The position numbers were made by a program, and so were the translations under genes. Shown here piece after piece: positions 26,401 through 40,414 of a stretch of 64,000 nt of DNA. The notes below the pieces were generated by a model. It was not told where the DNA came from. It saw nothing but the letters and a program-made list of their open reading frames with translations, and did no database searches. How positions within the stretch are numbered: the stretch's first letter is position 1; every line of letters starts with the position of its first letter. Where the stretch lies: NCBI RefSeq assembly GCF_009914755.1, contig NC_060932.1; one strand, given 5' to 3'. Origin of the DNA: the human T2T-CHM13v2.0 reference genome, Homo sapiens.

Positions 26401-29400
26401 ACTTTTTAATTGATATATAACATGCAAATAAAAAGTTGATAAACCAAAACACCACACATATATATATACACACATATATGTGCAAACATATATATAGGGG
26501 TGTGTGTGTGTGTGTGTACATTTTTGCTTTGTACTTGAGTTTTAACTTTTACTTGAAGAATTTCCTAAAGCTAAAAGATAGCCTGCATCTTCCAATCCTC
26601 TTAGCCCTCAGATAGCTCATCCTCTGTCCAGAGACAGTCAAAGCACATCTCATCTTTTCTGATAGCTGGAGCCCCTGCAAGTTCTGAATACTCTGGGTAT
26701 GAGACACTAAACAGCTTCAGCCATCTGCAGCATACATCTTATTTAGAATATCTGGAAATGTGGTTATGAATAACTGCAAGTTGCTCTTCTCCCTGAAGGC
26801 TATAAAGTTAATGTTGGTATGAAATCTTCCTCTATCAATTCAGAAAGATGGTATGAATTTGAGAATTCCATTAGAAAATTATAAACAGGAAGGTATACTC
26901 TGTTCCCATCTTGTCCAGTGGTAATAATCAAACTAACACTTCCAAAAAGATTAGAGGGGGTAGGGATACAAAGATCCCTCCAAAGACTCTTTCCCCAAAT
27001 CATATCAAAATTGCTTCTACTGCTGTAACAACTAGTCTGTCACTACGTTTTCGCTCCAGGCTTAGTCTATTACAGCTTTACTTCAAATCAGCAAAAGCAA
27101 CAAAACACATACACATATATGTACACATATAATATGCACACATAAAAATTCTTGATAAAGTTTCAAGATGGATGCATTATTCAAGCTGCTTCTCATACAG
27201 TTTATGTTTTAAAGTATTTTAATAAATGTTTGTAGAAAAAATCGTAACATTTGAAATACCAGGATGTAGCAAATAGTTTGAAATAAGTCACAATTATTTC
27301 CTCAAAAACAATTCTAGGACGCTACAAGTCTCCTAATGTCAATCCCTTGTTTAAAACGTTTTTAGAGTTTCCAAGCCAGGAGTCTTTTGCTCCACTTTGT
27401 TCAGAGGCACAGAGAAAAACAACATATTATATTTAAAGTAATAGCCAAATATTACTCAAGTATTATTTATTCACAGTCTCCAAAACACAATCTTTCTCAT
27501 TTTAAAATACATGATTTTCTGTTGTTCCCTGAAGGACATAGAGTTTATTGCTACAATAATCTTTTCTATGAGATTCAGATGACATAAATTATAAACCCAC
27601 TTTCTAGCGTATGGGCTAGTAAAACTGTAGAGTTTCTTTCCCATTCTTATAATCCTTGCAATTATGGGAATAAAAACTCCAAGTGAGCCAGCTTTACTGT
27701 AATTCTATTCTTTGCAGTGGTAGGTAATGAAAATTAGCAAAATAGCTTAGAGTGACTAAGATGATGCTGATAGTATTACTTTGAAACAAAAGCTACTTAC
27801 TTCCTGAACACGTATCTCTGCAGGGATGCAAGGCCTTGGAAAATGACCTACATAGTGTCTTATCTTACTGCTTTACAAAAAGTCCATGTACCAATGGATC
27901 ATTAGTTTGTACAATTCACCTGGAAGTATTTTACTAATGGAAAAGCACCAGGAGTCTCAGAGCACAGCCATACAGGCCAGTTAAACATTTAAGTCATGGC
28001 TAATGAGACAACTAACGTGAATATTTCCTTGTCCTCTTTTAGGATGGGAAGAAATTGGGAAGAGAATCAGATGGGACAAAATCATTTACAAAGTAGGTGA
28101 AATAATTGTAACAATATCATTATTATTTCTATTAGTTCTGTTTCTATAGCTGTTATAAAATTATATAAGAACTATACCATCTCCTTGTTAAGTCAGAAAA
28201 AGTCTAAGAGATGGTCACACCCATTTTTAATATCTATAGACAAATCTCTTTCCTTATTGATGATTTGAAAGATTCTCTTCAAGTCAAGTGTTATAGAGAG
28301 TTACTATATGTAAGGTAACTTACTATATGTAAGTTACAATATGTAAGGTATCGACCTTACATATTGGCTTCTTCTAACAGCTTAGTTTAACACTCTCAGT
28401 GAGATGAAAATATTTTATGTATAACTCTACAGGGCAAATATTTTTCTTCCAAATGCTATGTTAATTTTCAATGGTAGCTTCCTTTCTTATTGTCAATGCT
28501 ACTTTTATTTAAAAATCAACATATACACAAGATAACTGGTCTTTTTTGTAATGTAAATACTTAATTTGTTGGTCAGATTTATAGATTTTTCAGTTATAAA
28601 GAAATAAATAATATATATATCTAAGCAAAGTAATACAAAATGGCACTGACTTTTTGTACTGAAACACAGCATGATTTCTCAATTTAAAAAAGTATTGGAA
28701 AGCATAGGGCAATATGTTGCTTGAACTTTATAATATTTAGTACAGACGGAAATGTAAGCTTAAAAGGGTAGAGATTTCTGTTTCACACCTCGATATATTG
28801 CAAACCCCTAGAAAAATGACCTGTGCATAGAAGGTGCTGAATAGTATTTTTTAAATGAATATATTTTGACTTTGATTTTCTTTTCTATAAAGCAAATGTG
28901 CTATACTATTGCTTTCAATGAAATATTTTCTTCTCCTTCTACCTATATACTTCTTCCAAAAGAATAAATTTTAAAACATGAATAGCAAAATAGATGAAGG
29001 GGAAAAAGAGTGGAAAGCAAGAAAGTATTTCCTGATTGGCATCACTGAACATAGGAAGTCAACTCCACCTTTGAACGCTGTTGGGCTTCTGTGGTGGCAA
29101 TATACACATATATGCATATATAATACATGCAGACAGTGAAATATATATATTTCACTTTCTCTGTCTACCTAAAATGTCATCTATTAGAGATATATTTGGA
29201 TTCATGAATATTATTGTTGTAAATGCAAGTAGCTCTGAATAAGAAATAATTTAAAAATTTGCTTAATTAGATTATTTTGTTCCTAAAATTGAGACAATTA
29301 GAAGGGGTAGAGTTTTATAAACATAAATTATGTGGAATGAGCAGATGCGAAGAAAGAAAGGTCAGGGAGATAAGTGAATATTTTTCAAAAAAAAAAAGAG

Positions 29401-29957
29401 AAGATTAATCCATGGCAAGACAATAAATGGATGATAATGACTCCGCCTCCAACCTATTCCCTCATAACTATATTGATAGATAAATTATATTCAACAGGAG
29501 CATCACTAAAAGTGTTGATGATAGAAGCATTCCAAGGCACTGAAAAATCAAAGCTTGGAAATATCTGAAAGATAAACCAGGCCTGTCTTGCATAATATAG
29601 TATGCTTTCATTTGCTTCTCCTTCAAACAAGTCACATCCTAAATTGAAGGTTGCCTCTATCATGAGTCACAGAAACCCTCTTTTCACAGCTTAACGTGCT
29701 GAATAAATTAAGATAAAGTTATAAGTAACCAACAGCTAAGAATAGAAATGCAATGTATAAATTAAAAATAAATACATTATAAGTCAGTGTGAATGAAGAA
29801 AGACCAATACTTGTACAATTCTGTACAATTCTTAAAAATATATTTTGTACCTGGTAGTATTTTACATGTAAGGTCTATCAAGGATAACTTGAAATAAGAA
29901 TGAAAATAACTTTTAAGTATTATGATCTAGCATACCTATCAATATTTTCTTACCTAT

Positions 29958-30430
29958 TGTGATGGTTAATGTTATTTCTCCACTTGGCTAGGCTATGGTG
30001 CCCAGTTGTTTAGTCAAGCACCCATCTAGATATTGCTATAAAGGTATTTTTTTAGATGAGGTAAACATTTAAATCTACACTTTGAGTAAAGTAGATTGCC
30101 CTCCATAAAGTGAGTAGAGCTTGTACAATCAGTTGAAGGCCTTAGGGGCAGATGCTGAGGTTTCCCAGGAAAGAAGAAATTCTGGATCAAGGCTGAAATC
30201 TAGAAATCCTGCTGACCTTCCAGCAAGCTGCCCTGCAGAATTCACACTACACACTGCAACATCAACTCTTACCCAAGTTTCCAGTTACCAAGCCTGCCTC
30301 ATAGATTTTAGACTTCCCAGTCTTTACAGTTGTGCCAGCCAATTTTTAAAAAATTTATCTTTGTCTCTCTTTATCTCTCCTTCAAAGTCCATTAATGGTT
30401 TTGTATCTCTGGAGATCCTGATTCGAAAAT
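29958..30430 (+). mobile_element. MLT2B ERVL LTR
   Basis: tgtgatggttaat...cttggctaggctatggtgcccagttgttt...caatcagttgaaggcctt...ggttttgtatctctggaga. Confidence 0.88.
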
Positions 30431-30869
30431 CAATGAGTTTTGGGTCAAGGTGTCTGTGGCTCTTGAACTCTTTTATTTGGGGGAATGTGTTCTTTTTCTG
30501 TCATGCCTCTATTATGGCATGCTTCAAAATTTTAAGAGACCAGCCAAAAATTAATGAAAATTTGCAAAAATATCAGAATAATCTAGAAATGCAAATGTAC
30601 TTCTTACGTAGCTAACAAATCTAGTTCTACCTGTTGAATGAGATTACCAACTAATTCTAAGAATTAGTTGATTTAAGTTATGGGGAAATTAGTCAAACAT
30701 TTTGATGACGAAGACCAGATTTCTTTCTCACTGATTCAGATGCCAACCTCTTGACAGAAATATAAAATATAAAGCCTTTGTGTAGTTGCGTAAATAAAAA
30801 AAAAAAAAGTCTCCAACGTTACTCGTTAGACTGTGGCCTACAGTCTATCTGCAGGTGGTCTCAGGTCTC

Positions 30870-30965
30870 ATCTGAGCCTTAATAAATCAAATATTTGAGA
30901 AAAGGCTTAGGAATTTTTATATTTGGCAAGCATCCCAGGGCATAAAAGTTTGAAAACCATTGATC
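30870..30965. mobile_element. MER5-type hAT-Charlie fragment
   Basis: aggaatttttatatttggcaagcatcccagg...aaagtttgaaaaccattgatcta. Confidence 0.55.
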
Positions 30966-31881
30966 TATCATTTAGTTCCTAAAAATGTACCTGAAATTTC
31001 AACTTAAACTATAAAATGAGGAATGGATCTCTGAATGATTTTTAAATTACTCTACAAAATTTTTGGCTATAAAAGGGTTCACAATGACAACTTCTTCAAT
31101 TTTTTGATGAAATATTTCTTTCTTATTGCGAATTATACCTTATGTTCTAAAAATAATCATGCTTTTTTAAATTTTTACCATTATTATAAAATTGAAGGGA
31201 AAGTTTTCCTTTATTTTTGTAACACATGCTGGCGTCCTCTAAAACTTTTTACACAGCCAATTAAAATATTTGCAGGTTTCTTTATGACCACTTAGAAAAG
31301 TATCATTGATTATATATATATATTTATATGTATATATATATATATATGGCACATATATGCAATAATTATGTTTATTTTAAAAATGCTGTATATTAGGAAC
31401 AAATAGACAAAAATAAATTCCTGGTATCCTCGAAGCTTGGATAAACAGCATCAGATTGAAAATGATCTTTTCCTATCTTGGAACACTTATAACACTATTA
31501 TACCCCATACGCACCTTTTCATATTTCCTAATGACCTTATAGTCCATTTACACATACATACACACACACATTCTGTTTTAATATTGTAAATTTTTACGTA
31601 GTAAGTTACCAAATAATATCTGTTGATTGATACACTCATTAACAATGTAAGCAAATGCAGACATTCACAGCAAATTTTATTTTCTTTGCATTATGAAAGC
31701 ATTGTTTTACTCAATTAAACTAAATTGAAGTGTTCCATAATGTACCTCATGATATTTTAATTACCTTGCTTTCTTCAACCTGTTCTCTTACTACGCACAA
31801 CTTTATTCTATAAAAATGAGAAAAATTGGAAATTCAGAATCTCAGGATCTTGAACAAATTAGCTTGTAGAGATAGTTTCCT

Positions 31882-32490
31882 TTTTTATTTTTATTTTTGA
31901 ATTTTAACTTTTATTTTAGATACAGGGAATACATATACAGGTCAGTCACATGGTTATACCGCATGATGCTGAGGTTCAGGGTACAACTGCACCCAGATAC
32001 TGAGCACAGTACCCACAAGTAGTTTTTCAGCTTACTGCTCCTGACTCCCCCTTCTCTAGTAGTTGCCAGTATCTACTGTTGCCATCTTTATGTCCATGAG
32101 CACACAATGTTTAGTTCCCACTTATGAGCAAGAACATGTGGTATTTGGTTTTCTGTTCATGCATTAATTCACTTAGGATAATGGACTCCAGCTGCATCCA
32201 TGTTGCTGCAATGGGTGTGATTTTTTTCTTTTTCACGGCTGCATAGTATTCCATGGTGTATATGTACTACATTTTCATTATCCAACCCACTGTTGATGGG
32301 CACTTAGGCACTTAGGTTGAGTCCGTGTTTTCTTTCTCATGAATAGCGCTGTGATGAACATACAAGAACATGTCTCCTTTGGTAGGACAATTTATTTTCT
32401 TTTGGATATACATCCGGTAATAGTTTTGCTGGATTGGATGGTAGTTGTGTTTTAAGCTCTGTGAGAAATTTCTGAACTTCTTTCCACAGA
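31882..32490 (-). mobile_element. L1PA16-type 3' end
   Basis: aacttttattttagatacaggg...gcatgatgctgaggtt; TSD atagtttcct at 31872-31881 and 32493-32502. Confidence 0.92.
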
Positions 32491-35039
32491 CAATAGTTTC
32501 CTAACAGCATAAAATACAAGTATTTTGTCTAAAAGTTGGTCTTTGGAAAATACTAGTAGAAATATTAAAAAAATGACATTACTTATTAAAAATTATTTTG
32601 TTCAATTGTCCATTTTTTTGTTCATATATTCATTCAAAACACTTTTTTTTGGCACCAATAATACACCAGGAACTGGGAAGCTAAGGCAAGTAAGACAGAG
32701 ACCCTTTTCTAAGGATTTTTCATTTGTTATGAGAGTATTTCAAAAATAAAGAAGACTTTATACTTCTTTTAAGACTCTAGCTCCAGCTGTCTCTGGGCTC
32801 ACATTTCAGAAATGAAGCCTGGAAAATTTAGGTCGTAGAGCTTCCTCATGGTCCATAACTTTAGGTGGTCTTGTGGAATATGGAAATGAGGAGACAAAAA
32901 GAAAGGGGAAGCCCATTTTGTGTTAGGACTTGTACTGCTGCATACTCCAATCCCCCCAACATCTCCCTTGCGCAGAAACATCTAGACTATTTTTTAAGAG
33001 CAAATGTTTTAGTACAGATACAACTAATGATAAACTATATAGCTCTCTGGACTGATAAACAGAAAAATGAGACCACACTCCTTCAGCATTTACCTTCTGT
33101 TATAGGATATGCATAACTATTCACTAGCATTAACCATGACATCATTGCTTTACGGATATATCAAAATATTGAGAAGAAAATAGGCTTTATTGTACAATAT
33201 AAAAGGACATACATTAGTAAAAGTTATAAATAGGAAGAAAAGACTAAAAGTTTATTTCACTGATCTATTTAGAGACCTAGATTAATTGCATTCATATTTC
33301 TAGCTGTCTAACAAATCGCTGTGAATATATAAAATAAAACGTATCTATGTAAAGTCACCTTCCTCCTTTCTCTTTCTCTCTCCGCAATGGTACGAGCCTT
33401 CTTCATGTGTTTTAGACATGGTTGTGGCATAAAGATTTTTAAGACATGTAAATTATTAAATTAATATTAAAACATAGAATAAATTCGTTTGTTCATTCTA
33501 AACGTGTCATTCAAATATAAATAATCTACATTTTAAATATATATGTAGGTATACTAAATAAGTAAATATGTATGTTAATATGTTTAAAGCAGGGTGAGAA
33601 ACCTGGACACTTCCTGTGTGGGCAATGACATCAAGATGATGCTAGAGAAACCACTTCACTATTTTCTTCAGTGTTCTCATCTGTAAGTTGAAGTTATTGA
33701 CAGCCTTACAGTTCTGTGACCCTTACGACAACATTTCATTATTTAATTCTTGTTTGGGTATTCCTCCACTATCTGGGGAGACAGTTCTATTTAACCAAAC
33801 ACCCAGGCACCAGAAGCACACCTGGAGTGGATTCTGCAAAGAGGAGCCCTCATTTCCCAGAGGGAGGTACCCTGAACTTGACTTTGAAAATGGCTTGGCA
33901 GAAGGATTTGACAGGGAGTGACCTAAGCAGGCAAAAACTCCAATTCCACAGAGCACCACCTCCTTAAAAGTTAAAAGTATATTGGATGCTAAGGCTAACA
34001 ATTTCAGGTACATATTTAAAAAATCATAATAATTCAAAATAATCAAAAAATATTACAAACTTTAAAACAGATAGGGTTAGTACTATCGGTAACCAAGGTA
34101 TCTCTGTCTGGCTAGATGATGGATATATTTATCTTTACCTCAAATGTTTCATTCTGTAGCTTTGTATAAGAAACATGCTTTCTTCAAATCAAGAAAATTC
34201 GTACTCACACAGAAAGTGGCAAGAAGTGTTTGATGTGTTTGAGTCATTTCTCTTTATTTGGATCAAACAAACAAACCAAATATAATGGAGCAATATTTCA
34301 CTGAATAGTATGTTTAGTACATTGTGACATGTTAAGATGAATATATAGTTAAAAGCTATAAGATTAAAGGTTCCAAACTGGAATACAGCAAAAAATGAAT
34401 TCCTTATGCAGCACTGGGAAATGTTTGTCAAAGAAAAGGTTTTTTGTTTTTCATTTTCCATTATATTTAATTTCTTTAAATTTCTCTGATAATTTATTAT
34501 TGTTTTATTTTTCCATAAGTGAAGAAAATTATCAAGGTGTGCAAGAGACTCATATTATAGACGGCCGAGTGTCTAGGCTATTTGCATCATAGTTCAGACT
34601 ACATAAAAACCAATAATAAACAAAAACCAATAATATCTGAATCTCAATATTTCGAGTGATTATATTTCTGCCTTGTAGTGACACTTTCATCAGGGTCAAG
34701 TTTGGTGTTTTACTGCTGGCATATATTCTCAGATTAAGCCATCTGAAAGAATAAATTGTGTCTTATCTGGGATTATTGGAGTTTGCAGAAATATCTTCTA
34801 TCTCCTCCCTCATTTCAAAACATTTATACTTTTTCCCCCAACAGTCATACCAACTATAGTCTAGCTGCTGTTTGATCATTTAAAATCACGTGTTACATAA
34901 ATCCTTTTAGCAACTGACTGCGTCTTTTCAAAAGCGTCTTCTCTAAGTCTTAAGGAACATCACTGGATATTTCCAAAGAGGATATTAGGAAATTGCTTTC
35001 CAAGAACTGAGAAGGAAAAGCATCATGTCAGACAGGGAT

Positions 35040-35523
35040 AGGTACTTATCAAACAGTAATTGCCTCTTCTTCCTTTCTATTGTTTCCTAGATTTTATTTG
35101 TGAGGTAGAAATACGCTCACTGTGTGCAGACTCTTGAGCAACTAAGTATATCCATGACATGCATACTTTGCCAATGAGAAATAAGCTGGGTGTTTTCCAG
35201 ATAATATTGCTTCCCTAATATGAAGGGACAACCCATCTGGCTTCTGGTTCCCTAATTCTTCCTGTTTGAAATACAGACTTAATGCGTGGCACTGCAGCAG
35301 CCACCCTGGGATCCTGAAACTAAAAGAGACAGATGGCAAAGATGGAAGAACAGGTCAACGGAAGGAGCCTGTATCTGAGATAGTGTTTTTGAGCAACAGC
35401 ATCAAGTTTGGACTGTCTACCTTCAGATTTATTGGATATGAGAAACATAAACCTAACTGTCGAAAGCTCAGCTCGTTAAGTTTTCAGTTACTGGAAAATA
35501 AACACAAGCCTAATTGCTAAACA
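35040..35523 (+). mobile_element. MLT1K/L-like MaLR LTR
   Basis: ctgcagcagccacc, gatggaagaac...ggaaggagcctg, tggactgtctaccttcaga, tgagaaacataaacc. Confidence 0.65.
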
Positions 35524-35549
35524 CGTAGATTTCCAATTCTAATTTTAAT

Positions 35550-36645
35550 GACAATCAGTAACCTGTCTACCACCTGAAACAAACGCCTGTGAGGCTGGCT
35601 AGTGCTTCTTTTCCAGAAGGAAAGATGACCAGCACAGGAATAAATTGTACTTCCACCCAAGGCAGGGCAAAGGCACACACCTACAGCTGGATGGATCTGA
35701 GTCCTCATGGAACCAGTCAGCCTAGAAATAGCTTGATGAGAAGATTGTGAGTTCACCACAAGAGAAAGTTTGTATGGTTTAGGGCTATTGGAAGCAGCAG
35801 GTGAAGGGTGATCTGTCAGAGATCAGAAGGAGTGACATCCTTGCCAGGAAACTATAGTTGGAAATTACTGGGGGAGGAAAAGTTTCTCTAAGAAACCTCC
35901 AAAAGGTACAATAATTCTCAGGGGTTTGACTGAGCACCCAGACATAGACGCAATTTAAAACCAAACCAGCCATGTGACTGTTTTTGTTTGTTTTGTTCTG
36001 TTTTGCTGAAATCCCTCAAAACTACTGGAGTTAACACTGGATAACAGACACTACAGCCAGCAAATGGATCAGGAGTAGGAGAAAGGAAGTGAGAAGCACC
36101 TGACTCCCCACTCTTCATCTTTACAGGCTTCTCATCCTAAGCTAGGCTGGAGGTAGGACGGAAGTTTAGCTTTAAAGTGGATGATGTTTTTTAAAAAACT
36201 TGTATTTTAGCTTCAGGGTTACATGTGCAGGTTTGTCATATAGGTCAATTCATGTCATGGGGGTTTGTTGTACAGATTGTTTCATCACACAGGTACTAAG
36301 CCTACTGCCCAACGGTTATTTTTTTTTCTGATCTTCTCCCTCCTCCCACCCCTGACCCTAAGGTAGGCCCCAGTGTCTGCTGTTTCCCTCTTTGTGTCCA
36401 CGTGTCCTCATCATTTAGCTCCCACTTATAAGTGACAGGTTATCTTTAATATTAAGCTGGACTGAAGTATTTATGACATGAAAAAGAAGCTTCAATTCTT
36501 AGCTGAGAGTGATTAGTAAAACTATGGGATCAGCCTGAAATATTGCCAGGTGAAAGAGATTTGTTAGGACAAGGAGGAAAGCAATGCAAAGAAAGCTGTT
36601 TGTGGTTTGACCCCTACCTACTCCGGCTCATTCATTATCACAGTA
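35550..36645 (+). mobile_element. MamGypLTR2/3-like ancient Gypsy LTR, interrupted by L1PA13
   Basis: 3' part ctggactgaa...gagagtgattagtaaaactatgggatcagcctgaaat...aaagctgtttgtggtttgacccct...ggctcattca resembles the remembered MamGypLTR 3' end; 5' boundary uncertain. Confidence 0.5.
36187..36435 (-). mobile_element. L1PA13-type 3' end
   Basis: catgtcatgggggtttgttgtacagatt...ctgatcttctccctcctcccacc...tcatcatttagctcccacttataagtga. Confidence 0.92.
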
Positions 36646-37814
36646 ATATTACATTATAACAAATGTTTATGTGGTAAAATAGAGGGGAGTGATATGTTAT
36701 ACCTATATGAATGATAAAATTTTACTATATACAGGCATGCTTAAGATGAAAAATATTTATAAGGCAGAGAATCTAGAACAAATGACTAAATGCAGAATGT
36801 CTTATACATTTTCTTAAAATATAAACTATAAAACCAAGTCTATTTGATAAATGCAGACTTATCTAGTAGTTGTAATCATCTTTATCCCTAGACAGTTTCA
36901 TGAAGCTGAATAATTAGCAGCTATATATCAGTTCTTCCTAGCCAATGGTAACCACATATACAATTAAGAATGTTACTATAATTGATATCATCTTGCCAAT
37001 GTTTACATTTAAATATACACTATGAGATAAACAAAATATCAATCAGATATGAAAAAGTAGATTGCTCCTAAAAATTTAATCCTCCTTATGCAAGAACAGA
37101 CTGCATTTATGAAACATTAAGAGGGCATTTTCCGAAAATATTTTTAACATATTATTTCCTTATTATTTAGAAGCATTTCAAATCATATTTTACTGTTGGC
37201 AGAGCAGGAATTGAATATGAACATGTCTGAAATGATAGAAGATACAACGGAATTTTAAATCATGCTGTTCTTAAAATGTTTTCTGATCAAAACTTCCCCA
37301 AACAATAGACAGTGGTATTATTATATCACCATTATACAATGTTAAAGGCTTTTAAGCGTGGATGAATTGGCCCATTACCTCTCTTTTGTGTTTTCTTAAT
37401 CTTTTTTTCTTCACTACGCACACTCACTCAGAATCTAGCTCATTTTCAATAAATTAACACAACTTTTTGAACTGCACATGGACAATTTTTATGCACAAAT
37501 TTTGTATTAATTTTCTTATTCTCTTCTTGAGACTTAAAATTACATAAATGTCTTTAGCCTCTCATCTTGCCCATCCTTGCTGTAGAACTTCAAATATTGT
37601 GTTTCTACCCCATAAAAGATGCCCACTTTTCTACTCTGTAATAGATGTCTAGCCATTGCTCCTCAAAATATTTCAAGGACAGTATCTTTGAATGTTTCTG
37701 ACATATATTTTCAGAAAATTGAGAGTCAGCATATTGTTCTGGGGGAAAAAAAGTATATCTTTGTGCTAAGAATGGGAAAGTTTACATTTAAAAAAAAAGC
37801 AAACAAAAAAAACG

Positions 37815-37920
37815 GGTCTCCTACTACCAGCTGTGTTTCCTGTGACTTTGGGGAAGTCACCGAAATTCTCTGTGGCTCACTTTTTCCATCTTTATCACGC
37901 AAAGAATAACAAAACATGCT
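37815..37920 (+). mobile_element. MIR fragment
   Basis: ctgtgactttggggaagtcac...ctctgtggctcactttttccatct. Confidence 0.6.
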
Positions 37921-37988
37921 TTTCTGATCTCTCAATGAGACGGATAGATGAATAAACGCATGATAAATTATGGTAGTGAGAAATCCAT

Positions 37989-38188
37989 GAGTTCAAGATG
38001 GAGAAAACCCTGTCTCTACTGAAAATACAAAATTAGCTGGGCGTGGTGGCGAATGCATGTAATCCCAGCTACTCAGGAGGCTGAGGCAGGAGAATTGCTT
38101 GAACCCGGGAGGTGGAGGTTGCGGTGAGCCAAGATCATGTCATTGCATGCCACTCTGGGTGACACAGCAAGACTCAAAAAAAAAAAAA
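37989..38188 (+). mobile_element. 5'-truncated AluSp-like
   Basis: atggagaaaaccc, aaaattagc, gttgcggtgagcc and cattgca diagnostics; poly(A) followed by G-runs. Confidence 0.92.
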
Positions 38189-38969
38189 GTGGGGGGGTGT
38201 GGGGGGGGGGAGAAAACACTGAAATAATGCATATATATTCATAATAATGATATTTGAACAATTCCTATGAAGACAATGATATCTATAAGCAATTAAGTAT
38301 TTCCCAGTTAAGTAGGTATATATTTTTTGTAATATCTAGAGCTGTGGGAGCAATGAGTAAATTCTATGTATGCAGAGCTGCAATTTGTTCAGTGAATTCC
38401 GACAGCAAGAATTTAGCCCAGTAAGCATATGAAGGCTCTGCTAAAATCTGTTTCCCACATAGGAACTAACCTATTAAAAGTTCAAAACTATGTGCCATTT
38501 TGTCTTTGTTGCAAATTAGTTAGGTATAATATTAACACTAAAATTGAATAGGAAAGGAAAGTTTGTTAAGATTTGTATATTTATTATCTTCAAAATATCA
38601 ACAAATTCACAGTGACTACATGCATAGAAGTTCCCTGTTTAAATATAGATGAGGTGTCTAGAATAGAAATAGACAAGTCTACAATGAATTTGGGTGGCCA
38701 TTGGGTATCATTAACTTGATCCCTTACTAAGCTATGCCTAATTTCCCATTATTGTAAATTGGAAAATATCTTAATTATCATACAAAAATTTTGTGAATAT
38801 GGATCATGTACATGAAGACACTTTCAAATGACTTCAGATACATGCAATTGTTAATATCATAAATTATGAAAGACTAGTTTATTGCCAGCAAAAAAAGCAC
38901 TAGAAAACATAAAATCCTCTATGTCTATTATCTAGAATTGGAATTTTAAAATATTACTCTCTCAATCCA

Positions 38970-39323
38970 TGAGGTACAGACAGTCAGTAGCTGGTATCTC
39001 AGATCTGTTTTTTTAATCTCCTTTGCACTATGTTTGGGTCCACATAACTAGTTCCGACCAAAGCAATGTGACGTGACATGACCTGTGTCAATTCTGGTTT
39101 GAGGCAGTAACAAGCCAATCTGTTTCATCAGCAACGTGTCTTCCTACCATTGAGAAACACAGTGGTCTTGTGTTCCAGATATCTAGTTACTAAATGAATG
39201 AAAGAAACATTTGAACTGCATAGAGTTTCAATGAGTATAAATTAATCCTATATAGTGCTTAGCCCATATATTTTGTAGTTTATTTCTTACTACAAGATAG
39301 CTTAGCCTATCTTTATCAATACA
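38970..39323 (+). mobile_element. MLT1I/J2-like MaLR LTR
   Basis: cacataactagttccgaccaa...tgtgtcaattctgg...tgttccagat...tagcttagcctatc...aataca. Confidence 0.6.
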
Positions 39324-40107
39324 CACCAAGTCTCACTATTATTCAGTAGCGCTGCATTACAATTGTTTAAAAAACAAACAACAAAAATCTTTTAATCCCT
39401 GGGTACCAAATGTTTCAACCAATGTTTACCTTTCTCTGGCACCATTCTTTGACATAAACTCTATTGAAATCCATGTCTATAAGCGACCATGCTATCTTGA
39501 TTCTTAGCAGCTTCGCTTTCTCATTCCTGTCCCTGAAGTGATGTCCCACCCATCTTCACAGACATAATCCAAACAGTTTTCAAACGCAATGCCATTTGCA
39601 ATACATGCTAGAAAATCTCTATCCAAAGTTAGCAAAATGAAAATCCATTCATATTAAAAAAACCCTCAGTTGTCTCAAAAATGTTAGATTTTCAGAGAAT
39701 GAAACTTCTCATAGAATCATAATCCTTTTTTTGAAAGCTCTATTACTCTGTGATAATTGAACAAGCATTTCACCAATTAAAAGACAGATTTGTTTTTGTC
39801 CAAAATGCAGATGACTATAAACTTTCATTTGCTTGCTCAATTGAATTTCTTCAATGAAGCCATTTAGGACAATGCATGATGGAGCATATTATATTTGCAA
39901 AAGTTCCTGCCAAAATAATAAGAGTCATAGAAGTTAACATTCAATAACTTTTGCATATATATATATACACACACACACAGAGTAGTAGAATAGAAACCTA
40001 CTAAAATCCATAGCATTTATTCTAAAATAAATAATTCAGTAAAATAATGGGTAACATATGACAAATTATACAGAGAAATTAAAAAAAAAAAAGGATATCC
40101 ATTGCAT

Positions 40108-40380
40108 GGAATGTTTAGGAGCCAGCCCACCTCGGGAGGAATCCCAGTTCTGTCACTTATTTCTGATGCTACCTTGAGCAATTTCATCCAGGCTGCTCAC
40201 TGTGCCTCATTTTACCTATCTGTAGAGTGGGGAAGATGATGGTCATGAAAATAATAACAAAAATAATAATAATGCCTATTTATAGTAGTTGCTATGAGAA
40301 TTAAGCATGTAAAAATATTTAAATCTCTTAGAAAATTGCCAATATGTAGCAAGCACTCAATAAATATGAGCTTTACTACT
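40108..40380 (+). mobile_element. MIR, near full length
   Basis: ggagccag...aatcccagttctgtcactta...ctgtgcctca...atctgta...aagcactcaataaatatgagct. Confidence 0.8.
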
Positions 40381-40414
40381 ACTGCTACCACTGCTTCTGC
40401 TACCATCATTACTT

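Noticed and set aside
30121-30615. 164-aa ORF
   Set aside because: TTG start, mostly inside the MLT2B LTR, no recognisable domain.
33688-34046. Three overlapping ORFs in a slightly GC-richer patch
   Set aside because: Non-ATG starts, no homology recognised, no convincing splice sites.
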